Source: Gnetum montanum
Taxonomy: Eukaryota > Plantae > Gnetophyta
Assembly: GCA_015680685.1 (NCBI GenBank)
Contig: MNCI01002249.1
Coordinates: 844,424 to 908,423 of the forward strand
Reading direction: 5' to 3'
Length of the DNA: 64,000 nucleotides
In this document: in pieces, positions 34,301 through 49,600 of the stretch
How the letters are laid out: every line of letters starts with the position of its first letter
How positions within the stretch are numbered: position 1 is the first letter of the stretch
Made by a program: the position numbers and the translations under genes
The notes under the pieces: model-generated
Databases searched by the model: none
Told to the model about the DNA's origin: nothing
Seen by the model: the letters and a program-made list of their open reading frames with translations, nothing else

Positions 34301-36013
34301 AGGTCCTTCCATTTTGGTCATTATTCCTTCATCATATTAACATTATTTATAGGAATGGGCAAATTGATGGACATCCTTAAAGATTGTGTGTCATAAATAC
34401 CCTATCATTAGGATTTTAATAGTTATTATTCTTCTTGCATAATAGCCTCCACAAGGTCCTTTAGGAGTATCTTGAAGAACATGGAGTTGATCTTCATTTG
34501 GTACAAACCATTGTACTAAGCCATCTACATAAAGTTTATAGAGGTTGCCCTCTATCTCTATGTAATACTTGACTTGGTGGAGAAACTATTATTTCTTCTT
34601 GTAGTGCCATTCACTAGAAGTTTCCTAGATGAGTAGATTGTATCAATTTGTAATCATGGGTGACATTGTGATCTCAGTTTCCTTAGCAAAAACTAACTTA
34701 TCTAGGAATTGATTAGACAAAGACTCTTCATTAGCCTTGTTATCTCATCTTAATCGAGACAAATAACCAGCAACAACATTCTTGGTTTTCTTTTTGTCCA
34801 TCATTATTAAGTTAAACTCTTGTAAAATCACCAACCAAATAACACGGGGGCTCATTGTTAGTTTGTTCATGAGGAAGTGAATGACACTCTGATTAGTGCA
34901 CACAAAAATTGAATATCCAAGCACATAGTGCCTAAATTTTTCAAGAGCATACATCACCACCATTAATTATTTTTCCTTTATGATGTAGTTCAGTTATGCA
35001 CCTAAAATGCTCCTTCTTACATAATGGATGTAATATGGATGTTTGTGATCATTCACTTGTGTATGTATTGCATCCAAGGCATAACTAGATGCATCTATCA
35101 TGATGTGGAATGGTTTAGATGAATCTGGTGCTTATAGGATTGGTGTTTTTATGGGATTTTTCTTTAAGAGGTGGAATGCTCATTTACATTTCTTAGTTAA
35201 TTCGAATGTTGCATCCTTCTTGGTGAGCTCAACTAGTGGTTTGAAATTTTTGGAGAAGTTTTCAATAAAGCACCTATTGTAACCTATGTGTCCAAGGAAT
35301 GACCTCATGTCCTTGATTATTTGAGGTTGTTTGTTGATTCCTTAGAGCACCCTTATTTTTTATAGATCAATCTCAATGCCTTTTTCTAAAATCTAGTGTC
35401 TTAGGATAATGCCATCCTAGATCATCAAGTGGCTCTTTTATCAATTAAGCTTTAAGTTGGTTTCCACACAATGCTTTAATACTTACTTAAGATGATGTAG
35501 CACTTGTTGGAAATCAATAGCATAGGTGGAAAAGTCATTCATAAAGACTTTAATACCATTGTTAATTTGTTGTCGAAAGATATTGAGGACAAGGCATTGA
35601 AAGGTTGCAGGAACATTACACAAACCAAAAGGTATCTTTTTATATGTAAAAATTTTCCAAGGACTTGTAAATGTTGTTTTGACCTGGTCTTATAATGTGA
35701 TTTGGATTTGGTTATATCCACTATACCCATTTAGAAAACTGTAATACCTATGACTTTCTATGGTGTCCAACACTTGATCCACAAATGGCAAAGAAAAATG
35801 ATCTTTAAATGTAGCCATGTTTAAGAGCCTAAAATCCATGTAGACTCTCTGTTCCCCTCCTTTCTTTAGTATAATGGAAAGTGGGCTCATCCACTCACTA
35901 TTTTCCATAGGATAGATGAACCTGGCCTTCAAGAACTTTTCTATCTTATTTTTAATAGCTTTCTTTAATCTTGGGTTTAATCTCCTTTGTGATTATCTTT
36001 TGGACTTGATGCT

Positions 36014-36897
36014 TGATGAATCATGGTTTGCTACGTGCTGATATCAGACCCCTGATATTAGGTACAAGATATCAAGTCTGATGAGTCCCGATATCGGACC
36101 CCCGATATCGTAGCCTAGTTAGCGATATTAGATACGTGATATCGTGGTTCCCGTGTTAGCCTATAAATACACAATTGGGCGCACAAGAAAGTCATAGGAA
36201 AAGTTAGTGTTAGAGTAGAGTCTTTTTGTTCATTTTTTAGTTCTTCTCAACTTTTTTTCCCCAGTGCATGCTTACAGTGTGATGATTGTAATTGTACAAG
36301 ACCTTTATTCAAGTGTGACGTACTTGGACATGCACATGATCAGAAATAAAGATCGAGATTACTTCATCATTGCAACATTCACTTAGTTTAATTATATAAT
36401 TTTTATTCATTGCTTTCTTACTTAATACTTCTTTACCCTCAACTCCTATCCCTGTTAGTAAATGTGAAATGGGTACGACTTAATCATGAGCATTTAAGTG
36501 TGACTACTTGGTATCCTAGTAGCGTACCTAGGATATGCACTTGGTAATCCCAGTAGTAGTCATACACGAGGTCCAAGATGTGTACGGATGATTAAGGGTG
36601 GATGCTCATCACACTTAGGCTAGCTTAGACTCTCTTCACCCTTTCCCTTTTAGGTTGATCAAAGTTATTTCCATTACCTCTAGGAGTAGCACTAGTTTAA
36701 GACCACATCATACACCTCACTTTGGACTAAACCATATGTGACAAAGCAAATACTAGTCCAAGTGGGAAGATAGCAAACTGTGATCAACGAGTAACTATCT
36801 AGATACCACAACTAGCCTATCTACGAAGTTCAACCAGATCATGTGTGAAACACTCATATTCATATAGTTGAGTGTAGGGGTAGCCCGCCACTCATCA
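36014..36897 (+). mobile_element. Athila-like solo LTR inserted in the pol of B
   Basis: TGATGA...TCATCA; perfect 5-bp TSD ATGCT on both sides. Confidence 0.93.
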
Positions 36898-39800
36898 ATG
36901 CTAGAGTTTGTGTAGATTTGATGTTAGCATATGCATGGATCTATCCCTATAATTTCATTATATGACTAGGCAAAGGCTATTGACCATTTGTTTACTACTC
37001 TTAGCAACTTCTCTTTCTATTCCTTGGTTAGGTGGGTATTGATAATTGCTAGTCTTCCATTATTTAAGAATACATATTATAAGAACTTTGGTAATGTTTT
37101 TAATTCCAAGGGCTCCAATTTAGAGATTTTTGAAATTTCCAATTTTCCCCAATTTACCTTTAATCCTCTTATATTAATAAAACATAAGAGTTGGCACCTC
37201 ATTTGCTCCATTTCATCCATGTTATCCATGTATGCACTTGTGGGGATTTCCATTGGTTGCATGCATATTGTAGAAATAATGCTGTTGTCTATAGTCAACC
37301 ACTAAGTTCCTTCTTGTTTTGCACTTGTTTTGTATAAGCATCTTTTAACATTGGTAGATTCAACACACATTTTGTAAGTCCTCATGGTTGTACCTTTGAT
37401 TGCTCATATTTTTTGTATGTAGTTGCACCTTGTATCATTGTACCTAATGCATGGAACTCTCTTCTTTCCTACTTTATCAAATTTATTTTTCCTTGGAAAT
37501 TTCCAAGGAGAGATCTTTGATTCCTAGCTTGGCATTAAGTGTACTTAGCTAAGTCCTTCCCATAATGGTTAGGAAGTCCCCCTTGCAATTATCCACACAA
37601 ATTACTAGGAAATTTGCTAGATATAATCACCCACTAACAATAATGAAAATGTCCTCTACCAATCCAAATGGAATGATGATGGATTGATCTATAAGTTCCA
37701 ACCTAATATTACACTTTTTAAGTGAAGGCATGTTCCATATATTGTACATTTTTTGGAAGATCAAATTCACACCAAAATCTAAATCCAATAGGACCTTTCA
37801 GGGGACTTCTAGGATTAGTTTTGTTCCTAGGAAGGTGTCCTATCTTTATCAAGTCTATCGTGGCATGGGTTAACATAACAATTTGTACATTTTGGGGCTT
37901 TTGGTTTGAAGGCGGCTTGGTAGAAACTTGTTGGGTAGTTTGAAAGGACTTCATAAGCATGGGTGCTTGCGATGGTTTGGGTGGATCATTAGGTCTAAGA
38001 AATAGCCTTGCAAATTCATAGCTCTTGTGACATTTCGTTGTGTAGCTTGTGTAAGTATTTCATCTTGCATGGTTGCTACGGGTATTGAAGGAGTGAAGAT
38101 ATGACGTGCATGGTATTGTAAATGATGATGAGTGTACACAAAGGGAGATTTAACACATGCATTGGTAAGTCTATGATATTCAAGAGGGTAATAATGATGA
38201 CAAGATGTGTGAATAGTAAAGCCACTTGGTAACACTAGTTGCTAGACATAATACCCATAAGGATTTGGCTAGTAGTAAGGACACTATTACTTTGATGGTG
38301 GCATCCCTCACAATTGCTAGTTATGTCATCACTATTAGTAATCTTGATACGTAGGTGGTGTTCCACTTGGATAGTATTGTTGTTGATGGAACTGTTACCT
38401 ATAGTTGCCTTGAGGATAAGATAACCTTCTAGGTGATTGTCTTTTAATAAATTTTGGATTTAAGGCATATACCCTAGATTTCTACAAGTGGGATAAAGTT
38501 GGATAACCTTCTCTTGGATGTTTATATTGGCATATGTTACATTCATTATCATTTGAATTAGAATCTACAACCTTCTCTACTACTATATCCTTACCTTTTG
38601 ATGATAATATTTCTTTGTCATGTCCTTATTTCTTTTCTTATTCTTATCCTTGTTTTCTTACTCTATTTTCTTCTCAATGATTAAGTGTCATCTAGAACTT
38701 ATCATTTAGAGATTCTTACATTGTGTCCACCTTGGCCAATATTTTAGTCATAGATTTTTTGTTTTAGTAATGTTTTCTTTACATGATCTACTTTAATGAT
38801 GGTTCTTCCTTTGGATCACAGAGATGTACCTCCTTCTTGAAAATGAAAGGATCTTTATTATAATCCTCTCTACTCTCTATTTTCTTGAGCTCTGCTTCTT
38901 TCTTTGCTAATTGGTCTATAAGTCTTTAAATTTGATGGGTCCATATTTCTGACAATCTCCCTTGGACATAAACTTAAAGAGTCTTCTTTCTTTTGTTTCT
39001 AAGCCCATCTATGATATGACAGAGTTATTTCCTTCAAGAGAAACCATTCCCTAGGTACTAATGTAGCAAAGAATACTACCTTTCCAAGGCTACATTAAGG
39101 GATTCATAGTTATCTTATTTTCACCATTGAATCTATTTTCTTAAGTTGAACACCTTGGAGTATGTTTGATACTTGTCATCAAAAAACTTTAGCTTTATAT
39201 TTCATATTTGAATAGATTCTAGTTCTAAGGACCAATACCAACTTTTAGCCTCCTTGATGAGTGTCCTAGGGAATAACTTAACTTTTTTCAATCATTTTCA
39301 ATATTTTGTAGGGTGCAAACGTCATGGAAGGCTTGTAAATGGTGCTACTAGATCATCATTATAGCCTCCTTCAAATTTAGGGATATTATTCAAGTCAAGA
39401 TGTTTGATTTGACTATCCCTTTAATGCCTAAACTACCTCATGAATGTTAATCATTCTTTTTATAGCAATTAATGATTAATCATAAGCATCTTATTCATTG
39501 CAAACCCTATCATAGCCATGTCTCCTATGGTGTGGCCTACTACACCTTCTTTCTTCGTGATGCCCCTCTTCCTCTTACTATTGTCTACAGTCCCTTTTGT
39601 CAACCCTATGATAAGGTCTTCTATCATCTTCAACTTGTCTTTAATTATTTCCCAATCGTTCCCAATCATGATCTCTCTCATCAAAGCTTGACCATGAGAA
39701 AGATGGTGAGGATGGAGATCTAGGAGAGTTGTCCTAACCTAGTCTTCTTCTTTGGTTCCTTGATTTTTCTCTTTCTTGGTAACTGGGATACCTTGGCCTT

Positions 39801-41839
39801 AAGGCCCCCTTGTTTTGGATCTAGCTCTCTCCTTATGTTGGTTGCTTGCTAAGGTTGAACATAACTAATAAAACATGTGTATATGAATCCTATGATATTG
39901 TATCTATGAAATTAGAGTTACGATATGGTAACTCTGCATACATCATTGTAGATGTGATGTAGTGGGCCATGGTCATGCCTATAAATACCAACCCACTGTT
40001 GCATAAAAAAAAAAAACTTTTAGCCAACACTTAGCAAAATTTTTATAGTTTATTTTTGTGACTTAGAGTTAGAGTTAGAGTGAATGCCCGTAGTTTGGTG
40101 AGCAATAGTTATACGAAATCTTTATTCAAGTGGATTGTTGCTAGACACAATTTATGAATAGAAGTAAACATCAAGATTTTTTTTCATCATTGCATCATCT
40201 CACCTAGCTTAATTTTTACTTTTCATCATGTTTACTTGCATTAAGTTATTTACATTTTCTAAGTTCTTTTACATTCCAATGTCTCTTAGTAAGATGGAAT
40301 AAGTATGATTAGTTTCGAGCATAAAGTGTAACTTTTTGGTAACCTAGTATTGACTTTGCTTGGTTCACTTAGTAGTGAAATCACTTGGTAATGCCACTAA
40401 CTATTATATCAAGCCATAATGTGTACGGAAAACAATGAATGGTTGCTTATTGCGAATAGGATAGAATAGCTTTATGTTTTCATTGCACTTAGACATAGAA
40501 TTTACAATCATTTTTACCATGTTGGTACTTAGTGTAATTCGAGTGAAATAAAATCAATATATCATATATCTCACTAAGAGTTAAACCATATAATTTTTAC
40601 TTTGCCAACTCTATGTGAGAAGCAAACTATCATAAACTAAACATCAACTACTAGTATACTTATATTGTCCATCCACAAAGTATGAGCTGATTGCACATAA
40701 AGACTTGTGACTTGTATGGTTAAGTGTTAGAATACCTAAATACTCATCATTTATGTCATTGCAAGGGATGTGCCAATGTTTTCTAGTTAGTTGATTTTAC
40801 CAAGATTATTGTATTAAGCTTCATAAAATATAATTTTCATACTTACATTAATTTTCTCAAAAAGTATACACTTAAGTGTCAAACACTTAACATGGCTTCT
40901 ACAACTAAGGAAAAATCTCCACTTGCTAATGAATTTAATGAAAGTCATGACAAGGATTATAATGAAGAAGATTGAAGTACACTGATTTAAACCAAAATTT
41001 CCTATGCTTACACTCATCCTTATTATCCTGACTTTACATTTATTTTTCATCCAGATGAACAACTCAGATCGAGAGATTTACAAGGCAACATTATCTTGCC
41101 ATAGAAAAGTTCTACACCATCAATGCTTCAAGTAGGTCTTATCAGGATAAACCCTGGCCATGTACAAGAAGGCTACTACATCATCAAACACATGACTAGG
41201 TCATACTAGCCAACTGAGGCTTAGGCAAGAACCGATGCCATCATAAAGCTAAGGTATGAACAAGAAAAATGGAACAAATCACCTTAAATAGTTGTTATAG
41301 AAGAAAAGGAAGATGCTATATTCCAAACTAAGAAAATCTATTAGACTCATGGGTCTCATTCTCAAACACCAATCATTCATATTAAAGATCCTATTAAGAT
41401 AAAATTGCATTTAGCTCTTATAGAAACCCCTAGAAGAAATAAGGAAGACTCCAGACTTAGGAGGAGATCAAGGGCCAAGACCTCTATTGAATCTAAAAGT
41501 GATGAATTAAGGAGTTACCAAAGAAAAACCAACTCACACCATTCTTCAACTCCTTCATCTTCTTCCTCACATTCATCTTCAGATTCTAACAATAAAGAAT
41601 GAAGACTGAGGGATCATGATGGGGAAAGAAAAAGAAACCATGAGAGATGTACATATAGAAGAAGGAATCTTGATGAAGAGGAAGATAATCATGATGAAAG
41701 AAGAGAAAGGATTACACATGAGGAGAGAGAGCATCATGAGCATTTGAGGGATCATTACTACACCAGAACTTATGAACCCAAAGACTATGAACAATCATTA
41801 TTGGCCACTTGAAATATGATGAATATTAGGGAAGCTATG

Positions 41840-42898
41840 TATTGGTCTTTTGGTATGTCAAAACCTTAAGAAAAATGGAGAACATAGGATGTTTGTCTGA
41901 TGTTGTGTTTATAGGATAAGAACTCGAATTGAGATAAGAAGGTTTGAGAAAGCTTAAGAACATGGACAAGGAATAAAGAATTCATCATGAAAAGGAAGGT
42001 GAAGAAAGACGTCTTTGAGAAATAGTAGATGTCTTGGCAGGATTGAAGGATGCATAGACAAAGATGTCTCTTAAAAACAACAAACATCTTTCATCAGGAA
42101 AATACATCTTCACTAAACAAAGATGTCTTCTCAAAATACAGACTAGTTTCAAAAAGACGTCTTTCCCCATACAAAGATGTCTTCTCAGAATTAAGGCAAA
42201 TATAAAAAGACATCTCAAGCATGAAGAAGACGTCTTCCATGACCATTAACTATTGTTAGCTAGTTGTTGCATGAGTTCTAAGATGGATTTGGAAACATGG
42301 TGGCTAAAAGAAGACATAATTCTCATTGGGAAAAGTACAAGCTCTTGTACAATCACTATGAAATTATTTGTCAATCATTGTAATCATTATTGTTCCTCAT
42401 TGTATTATCCTTTGTCCATTGTAAAGTGTGTTGTACTTCAAAGTACAAGGATCAAGAAACTAAGTTACATTCATCCCTTGTAAGTGTTGTTCTCCCTTAA
42501 TGCCTTGTGGGGTTGATGTGATTCCTGCAAGAAGGCATCTTGATTAAGCTTGTTAGGATCCTATAAGATTGAATGGTTATGTAGTGTCATAACACTCTAA
42601 AGTAGAGCTCAAGATTGTAAAGGTTGTACAAGCCTAAGCTTGTTGGAACCTTGCAGGGTTGAGTGATTGGTGCAACATCACAACACTCTGGAGTGAAGCT
42701 TAGATCTTGTATAGGGTGTGGTACCCTTCAAACCACAATTTGGAAGGAATAAAGTCTAAAGGTGTGGTTGTGAACTACCCTCCAAGTGTGGACTACCCAA
42801 GTTGGGGAACCATGTTAAAATTGGTGTGCATCTTATGTAAAAGAGTTTCAAATTGGAGAACTTATTCATCCCACCCCCTCTAAGTTCAACTATCCACA
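41840..42898 (+). mobile_element. SIRE-type solo LTR in the gag of C
   Basis: Homologous to 18238-19475; ends TCCACA; perfect TSD CTATG; gag reads REAM|YIPTRHVRDSRIK across it. Confidence 0.92.
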
Positions 42899-43672
42899 CT
42901 ATGTACATTCCTACTAGACATGTAAGGGATAGTCGCATCAAGTGACTAGACATGAACAACATTATAAAACTTTAAGGCGGATACCATGCAAATCTGCATC
43001 ACCATCTCCAAGCCTTCCATGATGCCTGTGCCCTATAAAACATAAAAAATAATTACAAAAAATTGAGGTTTTTTCCTAGAAAACTCATAAAGAAAGCAAA
43101 GAACTAATACATATCCTTAGAACTAGGAGCAATTTGAAGGTGGAGTACCATGTTATAACTCTTCAATGCTAAGTATCAAACTTATTCTAGAGTGTTTAAT
43201 TTAAGAAATTAGATCCAAGAATGGAAATAAGGGATACACAAATTCCTTGATGTAGTAATGGATAGGTACTATTTTGTACATAGATGTCTAGGCCACAAAT
43301 TTTCTTAAAGAGAAGAACTATGAAACATCATCGATGGTCTAAGGAATAAGACAAGAGAGACCCTTGGGGCTATTACCCAAGGAAGACTATCTAAAATGAT
43401 AGCTCATCAGATCCAAAGACTCATAAACCAAGTGGCAAAAGAGGAAGGAAAATTAAGGAAAAGAGAATTAGCCAAAGAGTGTAATAGAGATATACAAAAT
43501 AAGAAAAAGGGATGTAAGGATATTTGAATTACAAGAAGAACAAATCTTAGAAGATACAACTTGGTAAAAGACTCTACCAATTTAGAAAATAATTAATAAC
43601 ATTGTAATAGAGGTAGAAAGAATGTGGGATTTAGTAGATGAGAATTTTGCTACAACACTACTGATAGTAGAT

Positions 43673-46600
43673 TGATGAGCAGCAAGCTATCCCTAATCTC
43701 AACCATACGAATCATAAGTGTTCACGCACGATCTGGTCAAATTCCATGGATGGGACTAGTTGTGGCATCTAGATCATTATGCCTTAATCACAGTTTGCTG
43801 TCTTCCCACTTGGACTAGTGATAGCTTTGTCATGTATGGTTTAGTCCAAAGTGAGGCATATGAGTCTTGATGTTGTGTTGGCCTTATGCTACTCCTATTG
43901 ATAATAAAGAAATCAATTATTTAAACAAATTAACAATGGAAAGTAAATTCTAAACTAGCCTACGAGTGATGAGTGTTAGTTCTTAGCTTGTCATACACAT
44001 CCTAAACCCATGCATCTACTCCTGGGGTTACCAAGTGCTATACTACTAGGCGAACCAAGTAATAATGCTACTAGGGTTACCAAGCAAATATGTGTTTACG
44101 CTTGAAATTGGTCATGCTCATTTTGCCAATTCATTAATATGCATGGAAATGTAAATATTAACTAAGTACATGAAAAGTAAATTGCATGGAAAATAAATTT
44201 GATATAAGTCAAAGTGCTACAATGAATAAGAATTAATATTGATCTTCATAGAATGTGTCTAGGTACATTGCCACTCAAATAAGATGTTGTACAACTAAAT
44301 TAGATCCACACTGTAGGCACTCACTAACTATTCTCTAAGACTACAGAATAAAACTGCAAGAGTTCGAATACTCTATTAACTAACTTATGCCCAAACCATG
44401 AGCCGAACCACTATATCTATAAGCCAGCATACATGTCACGATATTAGATATTTGACATCACTTCTTGGGCCTCGATATCAGAGCTAGATAAAATAAGATT
44501 CATCATAACCCCACAACTGAATGAAAACTCATCCTTGAGTGAAAAAAAGAAGGAACAAATCCCTTACAAAATATTGGGAAGGTATGGGATTATTGACTGA
44601 CGCTAACTACTAACTGACTCTAACTGCCGCATTATAAAATTTTATTCAAGTGGATGCATACAAAATCGTAAAGTGACAGAAAAACTGGATAGACATTGAA
44701 GATTAAAAAATTTGCAAAGCTTTTGAAAAATCTGTTAAAGATGATTCTACTTGTTGCCACTAATGATGGCAGACTTTCAACCTTGATTGTTATGTCGATG
44801 CTTCTCTAGTTATGCAAAACATTCTTGAAGGATGGATTGAAATTTCTTCTCATCATCCCATGGATCTAGCAAACATGTGATTTTTGAGCTACTATCTTAT
44901 ATGTGCTACAATTTGTCCATAGGCATATCCTTTGTTGTACTCCTCTTGGCTTCATTTTTGTACCTGGTAAAAGACCTTCTTCCTTAGGTGTTTCTTTTAG
45001 CATCACTTGTAGTCACCAAAGAATCAACATTAGGTTTGGTAAATTTTTCCTTAATAATCAATCCTTTTTGGATTCCTTAGTTTGTGTTTAGGCTATGGGG
45101 TAACTAAAATCATCAAGTTGTTCAGATTATTTTGATTGATTACTATTAGTTACCATGATGTTCGAAAATAACATGTTGGAAAAATTTCAAAAATTTCAAA
45201 GTAAGCATCCCTAGCCCCCATGACTAATAAGCATAACTCCAAAAGCACACAAGTTTTCAAAAAATTGAAACCAAAGGTCTAATTCATAAGATTATGAAGA
45301 AATATTAATGGATATGAAAATAGAAAAGTAGGAAAAATTAATGAAATAAATGAGAAGTAGTCTCAAAATTATGCATAAATTTAGAGAAAGCATCACTAAT
45401 GATCTTGAAGATCTCAAGGTTAGTTCAAAGCCATGATCAACAAAAGTTATGCAAGTGGGTCTTTCCTGAAGTAGGCTCTTGTCGTAATGCCCTTGCATAA
45501 CCACTTCTATAGATGTTCGTGGGCATCCAAGAAGTTAAATGTAGACCATGCCTTTTTTCCAAGCAACATACATCTATCATGGTTAGGATGTTGCACTATA
45601 CTATAAAAAAACCAAAAGGCTCATAATCGCATGCAGCAATGAGGTGAATAATGGGATGAGAAGGAATTGCAGAGATTGGGATGTAAGGTACTTGACCATG
45701 TCCAGAATAGGTTGTGAAAAATGTAATTAAAATGATTAGCATACCTATCTTTCCAAGTTCAGACTAAGTCCATACCATGAATAGTGACCTCGCATTGATG
45801 TATTTCTTCTTGCCGATCACCATGAGTTGACAACCACCTCAAGGAACAATCATCACTCCAAAAGGGAAGAAAATAGAAGAAGGAAGGGCCTTAGTTAGAG
45901 GGATGCCTTTAGGCATGGGTAACATGTCTTTCAAGCCCCATAACTAGTGCTTGTAGCCCATTATTGTGTCTAAGGGGTGTGCTTTGAATTTCTATTATTA
46001 TTATTTTTCTTTTTCTTCTCTTTTTTTTTAATTTTTTTTTTCTAATTTTTGTTTTGTTTTGTTTTTTTTTTTTTGAATTTTTGGATGGGAACCACACCAT
46101 GCAAATACATAGCTTCCTATTTATTAGTTGATGAAGGAGTGATGATACATTCATTGAGGAGTCATAAACCACACGAAGAAAGTCAAGAAGAGAACCCAAC
46201 AAGTCCCCTTGAGGTCACACCCTTTGCCATTCCCACTTGGTCATTCCCTCTTTCTTCAAGGTACAATGATCATTGATGAATTTTAGTTTAGAAAACGAAG
46301 AATCAAATTGTTTAGGTGATAAAGACCCTTTATTCAAAGAACTAGAGGGATGGATGAGGTGGTTTCATTGCTTTACACAATTACTTACCCAATCATCTTG
46401 ATAACATAGCACAAAAACCCAACACATAGCGTTGACTTCTACATCATGACTAGCAATATTATTAATGAAAGCATAAAAAGAAACATTCATTAAACATAAA
46501 GAAAATGACTCAAGAAAAGAAAAAAATATAAATAAAAAAATATTAAGAAATGGAAAACATATGAAGAATCATAAAATTTTGAAAGAAATAGGAAAATGTT

Positions 46601-49600
46601 AAAAAATTGTAAAACAAAAAAGGTGAAAAATACATATTTGTTCTTGAACCAGGATGGAGCATACAACTAATTTGATGGCCATGCATTCGATAGATGGATT
46701 GTATAATCCCTTGGTTATACACCATCAGTTTCCCATCTATCACCATTACTAATTTAATTAGTCGTGTGGTAGCACATACAACATTGGTGATAGTCTCGTT
46801 TGGATCATTCAAAGATGTATCTTCATCTGGACTTGAAGGTTTTGGGGGATCTAGATGTATTTGCTTCTTCTTCTTGATTTTTTATTTTAATTCCTGGGTC
46901 TCCATGTTTAATATCCTCTTCTAGTGCATAATCAAAGTGTAAGATATCTGTGTCTAAGTCCTTGGTTTAGTTCATTTTCTTAAGTCTAGAACTAATAAGC
47001 AAATCAATTACCTCCATGCATTTGTAAAATAATTTTATATTCTCATTTTCAACCCATTTGGTATCTTCTGGTTTAGTGGCTACTACGTAGATTGGTTTTT
47101 ACTCACACACTTGCTCCTGAACTTTATTGTGGGCTATGTTAATATTTTGAATTTCTAGCCCAGAACTGCACCCTTTACTATTAGTAGTGATGCATGGATT
47201 CTTCTATCTCTTCATTGTGCTAGATCCATCTCTTTTTTTAGGTGTTGGAGTAATGACAAATGTTGGCCCTTATGTAGGATTGGAAGACATTGGTCATGGA
47301 AGGAAGATTGTTGCACTTGATTGACATTGTGCTAGTTTGGATGAGTTAGTAGGTCCATGAGTGTTATGCTTATGTGTGGGAACCATCCTAAAGAAAGGAC
47401 GTTTCCAAGATTGTGGTGGAGATCTATTGGCATTATCATTTTTGTGTATGTTCGTAGCACAAATGGCATTCTATTGTTAATGTTGTGGTGCTAAGCCTTC
47501 CTGTGTTGCTGGTGGTGACATATGGTAGAGGGAAGTAGAAGAATATTGAAAATATGACAAAGGTTGAGAGGTGTGAGGTGGTGATCTCATGGAAGATGTT
47601 TCGGGATGATGATATTTGGGAGAGTGGTAGTAGTGATTTGAGGTAGTGGAAGTAGAACTAGTCAAGGAAATAGGTTGTTGAACATAATATCTATATGGGT
47701 CTGGCTAACAATAAGGGTAGTGTTGGTTTGATGATGGCCTCCCCCATGACTATGGGCTTTTCCACTGTAGTTGATGGTAGTTTTGAGGCTGATAAGAAGT
47801 CCCATTAGGATAGTACAGTTGGTTGTAAGATTGTCTATAATTACCTTATGAGTGAGGTAACTTCCTAGGAATTTGCTTTTGTACGAACTTGGGATTCAAT
47901 GCAAAATCCCAATACTTATGTAGATGTAACATGACTGGGCAATAACCCCTTGGATGGTCATATATATAGATGTCAGAGCCATCATCTTTTTTGGTGGTTG
48001 AGTCTATAGCCTCTTCTTCTACAATCATTTGTCCTTTTTGCCAATCAATGTTATTAACTGTCTCTTGGTCCCTTTTCCTCCTTTTGTTGTGGTCACTTGA
48101 TTTGTTTTGAATTACTCTCTACTCTATGATTTCTACACAGTTGTAACTTTCTCATTTATCCATTTCAACATCTTATCTAGCTTTGCTTCAAGCTCATCGA
48201 TAGACTTTTGTTGTAGCAAGGTTTGTTGTGAAGTCACCTCATCAAGAGTTGCCTATTTTTCCTTATCATAGATGTGGACCCTTTTCTTTTGAAGAGTTTG
48301 ATCCCAATTATTTTCCTCTACATTCTTTTGTTTACATAGCTATCCTTCTTCTTTTGCCACCCACTCAATTAGCCTTTATATCTAATGGGCTTTCAGTTCA
48401 TATAACTAACCTTGGGCATGAATCCCAAGGGTCTCCCTCATTTCATTATGAAGCCCATCTATGATGTGGAAAAGTTGCTCTTTTTGAGAGAAACCATGGC
48501 CTGGGCATTTATTCAATAGAGAATAGTATTTATTAAGGGCCATATCCAAGGGTTCATGTTGTTCTTACTTCCATTCTTGGATTGGTTTCCTTAGGTTGGA
48601 CACCCTCACATAGGTTTGGTATTTCTCATTGAAAAGTTCCAACATTGTGGACCATCGATGGATTGAGTTTGGTTTCAATGATTTATACCATACTTTGGCT
48701 TTATCTATTGGTGTCCTAGGAAAGAGCTTAAGATTTTTCCATATACTTTTGATGTTTTGTAAGACACAAGCATCATGGAAGGCTTGTAAATGATGTTGTG
48801 GATCAGAATCATAGCCTCCCACAAATTTAGAGATATTATTCATATCAAGCCTTTTTATGCAACTTTCCCTATGATGCCTGTGGGGTATTTTAACTATCTC
48901 CATGATTTGTAGCATGCTCTTAGTAAGCAACAAGGGTTTACTGTCGTCAAACATGTCATGGTGAAAATTTCTAGCTCTATTCATCTTATTGTGATGATTT
49001 TGTTTATGTTCATTTTGATGTCTTTCATTTTTCCTGTGGTTTTAGTTTCTATTTATATTTCGACCCCATAGTGAAGCTTTATCTTTATACCTACATTCAT
49101 GTTCATCAGAACTAGACGTTGAAGAGGAAGAGGAAGATGAGAAACTAGGAGAATTTCCATGGCCTCTATAGTATTCCCCATGGTTCCTTGATTTATCTTT
49201 TCTAGGTGTTGAGGAGGTCCCAGGCCTTAAGGCCTTCCCTAGTCTAGGACTAACTTCATCTTCTCTAGGATTGTTTGCCTTAGGTGAGTGTAGTCCTTGA
49301 GTGTAGTCAGGGTGGTTATGGACATATGAAACCCCCACATAAGATTGGTCACTCCAATTTTCTTTAGTATATATCTCGTGAGTTCTCCAATGAATGTTCT
49401 CTCCATACAATGCATCATCACTTCCTTATGAAAGAGACATTGTTGTTGGTTTATGATGTGTGTGATCTAGTATTTTCTAAAAGATAAAAAGTTAATGCAT
49501 TTACAATGATTGTGTATAATATATAATCTAGATAACTAGCACCATCCCTAGCAATGGGGCCAATGATGAGCAACAAGGTATCCCTACATCCAACCATACG

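Larger units (their letters stand above)
29990..39850 (-). mobile_element. Athila-like Gypsy element B (decayed gag-PR-RT-RH-INT, long spacer, extra ORF); both ends lost or interrupted
   Basis: gag ~37900-39850; protease VLLDL..VNLI ~37780; RT SEWMSP, KDHFSLPFVDQVLD, EVFMNDF; RH YALEKFRHY; INT YIIVAIDYYIKWPEA. Confidence 0.88.
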